A stretch of DNA of 64,000 nucleotides from Xylographa opegraphella (lineage: Eukaryota): positions 1 through 64,000 of the forward strand of contig JALDZX010000041.1 of NCBI GenBank assembly GCA_022813865.1. The letters are read 5' to 3'. Both the position numbers and the translations under genes were made by a program. The notes below the pieces were generated by a model. The model ran no database searches. It worked only from the letters and a program-made list of their open reading frames with translations, and was not told the origin of the DNA. Shown piece after piece: positions 55,501 to 64,000 of this stretch (its first letter is position 1; every line of letters begins with the position of its first letter).

Positions 55501-57474
55501 ATGGACTCTGGACTGAATACTCCTACTCATACCACTCTACTTAGATATGGCTTACCGTACAGCGTCAACACGTCTCAGGTCTATCCGTTATTGGCTCCCA
55601 ATGGATCAACAATCATTGTCTGCGGCCATGAACAAGGTATTCTTGTTATATGGAGGGGCGGTCGGCCTTTCAAATCCGAACCGCAGACTAATAGCCATGG
55701 TCAAAATCTGAACGGGTCGAGAGTAGGGGAAGAGACGGCAATGGACGTTGATGAGGGTGACTCGGAATCTGCTCTGGATATCCCAATCGATCTATCCTTA
55801 TTCGAGGATGAGGAGGAGGAAGTCACTGTCGCCAAGCCGTACTATCCGATTGTACAGGATCTGAATCTTCCCCTTGGTACGGCCACGTTGCGTATTGCTT
55901 TTCCTCATATATCACACGCCCCGCAAGATCTGCCTCACGACATGACTCCGAGATTGCTAGGGACAGATATGGTGATAGCAGCGGTTTGTGCGGACTCGGT
56001 AACTCGACTGCTCACCTTACCACTTATGCCACCCTCATCCCATGCAAAAAAACGTTTGGAGCTTCGCAACGATATTCTCATTGGAAACGCTGGCCGAGGT
56101 AACTGGGGCGAAAGACTAATCCAGATACCACGTGCAACTGGTAATCAGGGCCTACCGAAGGCCATCTCAGTGGCTTTGATGCCGACTATAACGCTTGGGG
56201 AATCGGAAGACAAAGTTGGAGAAGACGAAAATGAGGTTGTTGACAATGGTGAAGATGGGCTCCACACTATGAATGAGGAATGGGATGTATTACTGGCCTC
56301 GTGCGGATCAGATGCTAGCGGGGAAGTGTTGATATACAAAGTTCCGCTATCGGAAGACGGGACCGCCATAGAAAATGGCGTATCGGACATGGACCTTCTA
56401 TGGCGTAGTGAACCAATTGTGAGAAGCATAGCAGCACTTGAAATCTATGTGCCGACCAAATTAAGGACTCATGAAGGTCCTTATCTACTTCTTGCGGAAA
56501 CCAACGGGCCAGTGCGCGTTTACGATTGCTGTCTTTCCTCCGATAGTAACCACGGTCGGTGGATTCGCTGGTTCTATTGTGGTTTCGAGGACAATGCGCA
56601 CGGGTATCTGTGTTATAGAACTTTGATTGACGCAAAATGGATATTAGGAGGCCGCGCCATTGCTGTTCTTACGGCGGATGGGGAATGGGGCGCCTGGAAT
56701 ACACATTTGAACATGCGAATTGAGATGAGGCAGCCAGAAAAGAGAGCTCCATCCTCTTCAAAGATTCCCACGACGTTCATTGTCAGTGGATGGGTACAGG
56801 GTTTGTCATTAGTCACCAACTCAACCAAAAGCTCGACAGGAAAGATTAATTCTCGATCCAAGCTAGCGCCCATGACGCCTTCTACCAGGAAGATTCGCGA
56901 GTCTACATTCTTCTCTGGGTCCGTAACACGCTCAAGCATCTCCTCGCAGGGTGGGATATCCACATGTGCCATGCCAAAAGCACTGGGTGGCAAAGAGGAT
57001 GACGAGACTCTGGTGATCTGGCACGGTGAGAAGATTGTGATGATACCAAGCCTTACAACGTACTGGGAGAATAAGATCAGGGGTTCAGGGAGTCTTTTCG
57101 GCACTGAGGCGATCGGTCACGCTCGCGAGGTTAGTAGCGATGTTCTCGGTGGTGAGGTTCGCAGTGCTGTTTCGATCTTGCCTCTCCAAGTCAAGCTTTT
57201 TTCCCTGGAAAAGGCAGTAAAGCAACCAGATCTTCTTGTTTCCGGGGACCGCAGTCTTCTCATAATTTCAACTCCACTGCGGGAAACCAGAGCATCGAAG
57301 CCATACCCTCGCGAAGCATCATCATCTCTAGCAGACCAGGGCCGTCTCTTCCGAGGTGAGCTCGATGTCAATGGCATGGATAGAATATTGGATAGCATGG
57401 AAGTGATCCAGTACGTCAACGGTGATCAGGCCAAAACAGAAGTCGCGAAGAAAAAGGTTCTTTTTGCAAAATAG
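55501..57474 (+). CDS. Beta-propeller protein, probable Pezizomycotina nucleoporin Nup37, intronless
   Basis: 657-aa ORF. The N-terminal VYP..APNGSTIIVCGHEQG..VIWRGGRPFK and IDAKWILGGRAIAVLTADGEWGAW resemble fungal Nup37-type proteins as I recall them; not verified by search. Confidence 0.6.
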   Translation: MDSGLNTPTHTTLLRYGLPYSVNTSQVYPLLAPNGSTIIVCGHEQGILVIWRGGRPFKSEPQTNSHGQNLNGSRVGEETAMDVDEGDSESALDIPIDLSLFEDEEEEVTVAKPYYPIVQDLNLPLGTATLRIAFPHISHAPQDLPHDMTPRLLGTDMVIAAVCADSVTRLLTLPLMPPSSHAKKRLELRNDILIGNAGRGNWGERLIQIPRATGNQGLPKAISVALMPTITLGESEDKVGEDENEVVDNGEDGLHTMNEEWDVLLASCGSDASGEVLIYKVPLSEDGTAIENGVSDMDLLWRSEPIVRSIAALEIYVPTKLRTHEGPYLLLAETNGPVRVYDCCLSSDSNHGRWIRWFYCGFEDNAHGYLCYRTLIDAKWILGGRAIAVLTADGEWGAWNTHLNMRIEMRQPEKRAPSSSKIPTTFIVSGWVQGLSLVTNSTKSSTGKINSRSKLAPMTPSTRKIRESTFFSGSVTRSSISSQGGISTCAMPKALGGKEDDETLVIWHGEKIVMIPSLTTYWENKIRGSGSLFGTEAIGHAREVSSDVLGGEVRSAVSILPLQVKLFSLEKAVKQPDLLVSGDRSLLIISTPLRETRASKPYPREASSSLADQGRLFRGELDVNGMDRILDSMEVIQYVNGDQAKTEVAKKKVLFAK

Positions 57475-58713
57475 TGTTGGATTCGTGGGATGTTTTCCGA
57501 ATGAACATGTTACGCTTCGAACTAATGTACTTAGATACCCCCCGGATCAATTGGTTTCGTTTGTACTCCCGCTTGCTTCGATCATCTGGAGCTCTTTATG
57601 GAGCCTTTCATGTCGGTCTGTGTGCTTTTCGCGCGACAAGGTGGAGCCTTAGGAAAGTCCCATTCCTCCTGCTCTGTATGCGAAGCGATACAACAATTCG
57701 GATCCCTCATCCTCTACCACTACCAACAATGGCATGTAACTGGCGAAGCCAGTATCGATGTTGCATGTTGGTATAGGGTTTGGGGCGGATGATTCACGGT
57801 CTCCTAGAATTCAGTGGAAGCCGGAGCGCTGAAGGGTGCCTTCGGGTGCTTCTCTCAGTGGCGAGGATGGCTTCTGGCCCATGCATAGAGCAACGCTCGA
57901 CAATCCTTTGTGATCGTGTGTCCTGGGGCAAGTGGAGACGAGTGACAATATAATATACGTAGAGGAACTACTTTATGAGCAGTTCTGAGGCTGGTTTCAG
58001 TAGATGGACGCAATTGGTGATTTGCATCGTGCAACAGACGCGTTCCTAGTATTTGATATCCTCAACGCCTCGGTCGCGATGCCTGCGATTTTAACAGTAC
58101 TTGTGATGAGAGTCAATCAGTCGCCATAGGCGCAGGTGAACATGAAATCAGATTGACGGTAACGGAGGGCAACGTGATATGTCTCTCTGGGAGCACGAAA
58201 CATTGATTTTACATTTCGTCCAGTATCAATTACAAACCTTGACGACATTACTCATCATGGGGATTCATGACAGGACCCGCAGGCAACGAACTGGTCAAGC
58301 ACCATCCAGCATCAATCTGAGTCGAGTCTCCAGGTCGTTTCACAAAACGCTCGCCATGGCTCACTATTCTGGTTGTAGATTAGCTCTAGGGTCTGCTGCG
58401 GGATGACGTAGAACTCCTCGGCGTTTGTTTCAGTCAACGGTGCAACGGCTGCCCCCGTTTACTTAGTGTGTTGTACACGACCTCACTTCATTCCTTTAAC
58501 ACCAATCGGTAGTCACCCAGCAACGGAACCTTCAGCTTGTTGTGCCGTTAAGACTATTGCTTGTTAGCTTTGACGTCCACCTTACTGTATCAAGTACTTG
58601 CATGTAAAACAACCAGACTGCACGTTCTTGGAACAAATGAGAAGCGAGTGAACGCGCTCAACGTCCGTCCTTGAAGCCTCATTACTCAACGTCGTAGGCT
58701 TTTTCTGTTCACA

Positions 58714-59627
58714 ATGATCTCTACTCCGACGCTTATCAATCTTCCCCCTCCTCCGTCTGATCCCGTCACTCCTTCAGATATTCCGTAAGTGCACCCTGAT
58801 CCGTCTTATCATTACGGCCCACCGCTGGGATACAATCCACTTGAGCTGACAAGTATACATGCAGCGGGACACCAAACTCCACCACCACCTCTCTTTCTGC
58901 ACTCTCGACCACTGCCATCAAGGATGGCCACAAGGGCCACGCGCCGCCTCATCCACACCATCATAGCTCGTCCATGTCTTCTAATTCGTCAACAAATACC
59001 CTCGATGCAGAGCGCGCTGATCGTATATCCCGCCTCGCGGGGCTTGAGCGTGTTGCCACCGCTCGACAGGGTTCTAGTGGACTCGGTTCAAGCCTTACAC
59101 CCGGAAGTACTTCCAATCCAGCAATGCAACAACCCCCACCAGGATATTTTGATAATGCCGGAAACTATATTGGTAAGGAACGTAGCACTGTTGGCAGTGC
59201 CTCGGCAACAGGCAGCGTGGGTGGCCGAACTACATGGGCTGACGGGAGCGATGTTTACGACGCTGACAAAATGAGTGAGGATCAGGATGATGGTATTAGC
59301 AGCGGGGGCCTGAGTGATGAGGGAAACGCCAGTTTAGTAGGCTTTGGTGAAGCAGCAAGTACAACCAGTGGTCCTGTCTCAAATACTGGGCGTGTGCCTG
59401 CTGGGATGGCGCGTACCGGCAGTGGCTTTGGAAGTCCATCCGCAGCCAAAATGCCCAATTACTTTCCGAGGGACGGTGGGAGCCCGATGCAGGGTGTCCA
59501 GACACTGGGGCGAAATGCAAACATGACAGGACAGGAAACTGCCGAAAGAATCGTCCGGGAACGATTAAACTTGGCGCAGAGCACTGGTGGTAGGCCAATA
59601 GCGAGCTCAGATGAAAATGGTGCATGA
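58714..59627 (+). CDS. Fungal low-complexity hypothetical protein, 2 exons
   Basis: MISTPTLINLPPPPSDPVTPSDIP|GTPNSTTTSLSALSTTAIKDGH...DAERADRISRLAGLERV...ERSTVGSASATGSVGGRTTWA. A canonical intron (58785-58864) restores the frame. Confidence 0.8.
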
Positions 59628-61359
59628 AAGGATTGGCTCAACTATCCTTTAGGGGACTCGTCGCTATGCTTGAAGAAGCTTACCTGCACGATCGTCCCTA
59701 AGTGCTCTTTGTTTTGTTCGACTGATTCTATGATACCACGGGATTGAGCATGAATATCTTGGTATGCACCTGAACTATGATCGTTCCGAAATTTTACCTT
59801 CACATCTGTACTATGTGCAAAGAATCGATGTGAAATGAACCACTATGAGGTCTAATGAGCGACAACGTGGCCCTGTTTTGGTTGTGATGACGAATCACTC
59901 GCGATGTGGAATATTAAGTAAGAAAGACCGACCTCATAGGATGTTTATTATACTGGGCTATGCAGCTTACTCTGTCCTACGTCTGCATATACACGTGTAT
60001 AACCTGCTAATATGCATGAGCTGTATGGGTAAAAGCTCATCAGCTCCTAATTATCTACCGTGTGTAAATATTGCTGGCGATCGCACCGTGGCCTTCGGAA
60101 AACATGCCGACCTTGTTGCTCCTGATGTCGAAGACGTATATGAATTACCCTCGGCTATGGCTCAAAGCATACGAACCGTTTCCCCCAGAAGCCGCAGTTC
60201 TTTTTGTCATCATGCGTCAGCACTTGATGACCCTTTCCATATTCGTGAATATATGTATCGAAGCAATGTTACTAACGAGCCCAAAGCCAAGTGAATCGTG
60301 GGAGGAGGTCTATGGCTTCACTATTGGAGATGACACTTACATATTAACAACTTTTCAACGTTATAATTCAAAGTCCATTGTTCTTGCTCGATGTGCGGGA
60401 TGACTTGAACAATCGCAGTTTTATGATCTACATGTGATGACCACAAGACACTCTGCCAGGATCCTTCAGTGGTTGGAGCTCTTGTGGACCGCTGTTCGGC
60501 TCTTGACCAGTGAGCCAGAACTATAGTTCTGAACCAATCCCAAAAAGCGCATGTATTGAATAAGATTTGCTTTCACGTATTTTCCTCGCTGTGACGCTCT
60601 TGCTTGACAGGTTCATTGATCTAACTCCACAGAGCTTGGATTTTGATTCTTCCTGATAATCTTGAGAGGATACTTGAGGCCATTTCTAACACCAAATAAT
60701 TTGCTTCTCTAAATGACGACCAATTAAGTACCTGATTTTCCTGCGGAGTTGGTGAGTAGCACTAGAAATGAGCCTCTGCTGATGACTATAATATGAAAGA
60801 TCATGATGGTATCATCCGAGTGTTTGGAAAGCGGCTTGACCCTCTTGGGTGCAGCATATGGTGTAGAATATTTGCACGGTTGTGAACAAAAACACAATAA
60901 TCATAAAAGAGCAATAGTCTATCTACAAAACTATTATGAAAGATCGCAAAGTTCATATCATGAAGTGGTTTCATTGGTGTAAGCTTGATTTGGAGGATCG
61001 GGTGTATCTTTAACTTCACCGCCCCAATTAAATTTGCGGTAGTTTCTATAATAAGTAAGTGTAACTCTAACGCACCACAACATTGCTCGAAATATTCGTC
61101 TCCGTTGGCTTACTGGATTCTTTTCTCAGCTCTATCCCCCCTCGCCAAGTCTGAAAACCACCTTCTCCCTTCAGTCAAGTCATTATCTGCCATCTTCTGC
61201 GCTCACGGATCTGCCTGCAAAGAGATTGCATTCACACACGGCGGTTGCACTAACGGCCAGCTACACATCTGACAACGCAGTGCAGCCTGGTTGAGGCTTT
61301 TCCCATACGGCGGACTCGACTTCGTTCGAAACAAGGACTTTCTGTGACTTTAGCTAGTC

Positions 61360-63735
61360 ATGGCGACTCCTACACAACTTGCCTGTAAGCAGATATTCTA
61401 GGCATCCTCTCAGGTGGGCTTTCCAAAACTATTCATCCAGAATGCTGACCCGGGACACTTAGATCGGACACTGAAGGGAATTGGGGTTCTTGATGCTGCA
61501 CCTATCTACGAGCCGTTGCCAGGTTTCAGCAAGTATGTAGCACGAGGATTGCATGTAAGAATTGGCTGACGAAGTATACACAGGCCGGAAGGAAATCTGC
61601 GATGCTGTGTCTATTCCCCATGTGGCCGATACTTTGCATGGGCGTCACCGGATCGGTGAGTACTTGAGATCCAACTATTTCCTCTCTTAGCTGACAGATC
61701 AGGGTCACCGTGATCGATGCCTCTGTGGGACACGTCGTTACGTTTCTCAATGCGCAGAACGTCTATGAGATCGGCTTCTCACCACTGGGAACCTTTATCA
61801 TCACCTGGCAGCGGCCTGCAAAGGACGAAAACGGAGATGCCGTCAAGAACCTAAAGGTGTGGAGAGTCGTTGAGGAGAACGCACAAGACGGCGACGACGA
61901 GCATAATGTTGTGGGAAGATTCGTCCAAAAATCTCAAACAGGTTGGAATCTGCAATACACTTATGATGAAAAATACTGTGCTCGAGTCGTAGCCAATGAG
62001 GTTCAATTCTACCAGAGCGGAGATCTAGGGACAGTTTGGAACAAACTTAGAGTTGAAGGTGTATCGGACTTTGCTGTATCGCCCGGAGAAAACCATTCGA
62101 TTGCGGTCTTCGTTCCAGAGCGCAAGGTATGACCGTCAGGGTTGTTTGTTTTGAGTTTATTGATCTGAAGATTATTACTAGGGTCAACCAGCCGCGGTCA
62201 AAGTTTTCAATGTCCCGAACTTCAACGCCCCAGTCTCACAGAAAAACTTCTTTAAGGGTGATAAAGTGCAGTTGAAATGGAATGACCAGGGAACTAGCCT
62301 CATTGTGCTGGCACAAACCGAGGTCGACAAGTCCGGAAAAAGTTACTATGGCGAGACTACTCTTTATCTGTTGAGTGCCAACGGAGGATTTGACTCGAGA
62401 ATTGACTTAGGTATTGACAATAATATAAAGGAGAGGTATATATCGAACTAACAATCTGTAGACAAGGATGGTCCCATACATGATGTTACGTGGTCTTCGA
62501 ATTCCAAAGAGTTTGGAGTTGTATATGGATATATGCCCGCAAAAACGACGATATTTAATACACGCGCGGAACCTACCCACAGTTTTGCGCTTGGTCCACG
62601 CAATACCATCCTATTCTCACCTCATGGCCGTTTTGTGCTTGTGGCTGGCTTTGGTAATCTTGCTGGACAAATGGACATCTATGATCTAAGTAAAGATTAT
62701 CTCAAAATTTGCACTATCGAGGCTAGTAATGCTAGTGTATGCGAGTGGAGTCCTGATGGAAAGCACATCCTTACGGCGACGACCAGTCCCCGGCTTCGTG
62801 TGGACAACGGTGTGAGAATATGGCATGTTGGTGGGGGTCTCATGTATAACGAGGAACTGCAGGAGTTGTATCACGTTACCTGGAGACCACAGTCCGCAAC
62901 TATGCATCCACTAGAGAACCCATTTCACCAAATGCCTACGCCGCATGGTTCAGCGTTAGCGTATTTGGGCACTGTCAAGACACCTTCCAAACCTGCCGGA
63001 GCATACCGCCCACCCGGGGCAAGAGGTACGACCACACCGCTTGCTTTCATGCGAGAGGATCAAGGCGGAGCAGCTTATGTAAGCAATGGCAGTCTTTCGC
63101 TCGGAAGTGGCGTGAATGGGTTTGGTAAACCGAGGAGGCGAGAAGTGCCGGGAGCCGAGGCTTCATCTGTAGATACTCCTGGAAATGCAGTGGACGGAGA
63201 CGAAAATTTATCAAAGGCAGCTCAAAAGAACAAGAAGAAGAGGGAGGCGAAGAGGGCGAAGGACGCCTCAGATAGAGCTGCCGGACTCACTCCTTCAGGG
63301 GAGGGCGTTCAACCAGCAGTAGCACCGAGTCCGAGCAGAAGCCCAGAGAGACGTGACAGGCGAGGTCACGAGCGGAACAGATCACGAAATGACAGTGATT
63401 TACGACCCCGATCTCAGCAAGGCCGACGCGGACATAGCCAGCGCCGTGATGGCCCACCACGAGGTTTCAATAATCCAAATGGCACGAACGGTACACACGT
63501 TGATACCTCACATCGTCCGTCTCCTTCCATGGCACCCGATCTCACCGTCACTTCTCCTGGAGGAGGCACACCTCAGGAAAAGAAGATTCGTGCGCTTACG
63601 AAGAAACTTCGCGCCATCGACGATTTGAAAATGAGGCGGGCGGGAGGGGAGATCCTTGAAGGCACACAAATAAAGAAAATGGAGACCGAGGATAGCGTGC
63701 GGAGAGAGCTCGAAGGTCTTGGGTATGTCGAATAG
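61360..63735 (+). CDS. EIF2A: Eukaryotic translation initiation factor 2A, multi-exon
   Basis: FSPLGTFIITW, KNFFKGDKVQLKWN, TEVDKSGKSYYGET, GPIHDVTWS, VYGYMPAK, GPRNTILFSPHG..VAGFGNLAG, ATTSPRLRVDNG, GAYRPPGARG, and a C-terminal EKKIRALTKKLRAIDDLK. Confidence 0.96.
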
Positions 63736-64000
63736 GTTTTGCTATCAACGATTGACAATATCTTGCCAGAAAGCATATGACCTCACGGTGTGGATTCGTA
63801 CCAATGTGCTCTGCCTACTCAAGTCAGTAATCGACGAGATGTTGGAAAGGTACACTTGGTTTCTTGTGTATACTGACCATCATAGACTAGACTAGACTAA
63901 AAGCTTCAATGCCTCTACAAGCGCGTATCATGGGAGACTGCCGTTTATTGAATTCAACAAGAATTGATTGCATCACTTCATCAGCTGGTACTCAGGATAA

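Noticed and set aside
1..64000. tRNA, 5S rRNA, spliceosomal snRNA, CRISPR array, transposase/RT or Starship recombinase
   Set aside because: None recognised by eye; tRNAscan-SE, Infernal and TE HMM searches are needed to exclude them formally.

Overview
This is intron-containing, gene-dense chromosomal DNA from a filamentous ascomycete (Pezizomycotina), judged by short GT..CTRAC..YAG introns and fungal-type proteins. I can support about 25 protein-coding genes. Conserved housekeeping genes: GatB/Pet112, an AMSH-like JAMM deubiquitinase, an Mtf1-like protein, APC1/BimE, an enoyl-CoA hydratase, an App1-like phosphatase, Tsr3, a GGA adaptor, RNase T2, a DUF155 protein, Vps41, a probable Nup37 and eIF2A. 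Three less conserved blocks lie between them. (i) 2.7-12.1 kb: GH5 endoglucanase, GT32, GNAT acetyltransferase, a mucin-like membrane protein and GT61. (ii) 33-43 kb: a GC-rich orphan, an intronless T5orf172/GIY-YIG-like gene, RNase T2 and a possible pseudogene. (iii) 48.9-55.3 kb: a head-to-head pair of micro-exon, Ser/Thr-rich, probably GPI-anchored surface proteins, one with an 11-11-17 aa higher-order KD repeat, plus tiny orphan ORFs. The window starts with an AT-rich, hairpin-rich island. I recognised no rRNA, tRNA, CRISPR array or intact transposon. Exon structures were reconstructed by eye, and family calls rest on remembered motifs, not database searches.
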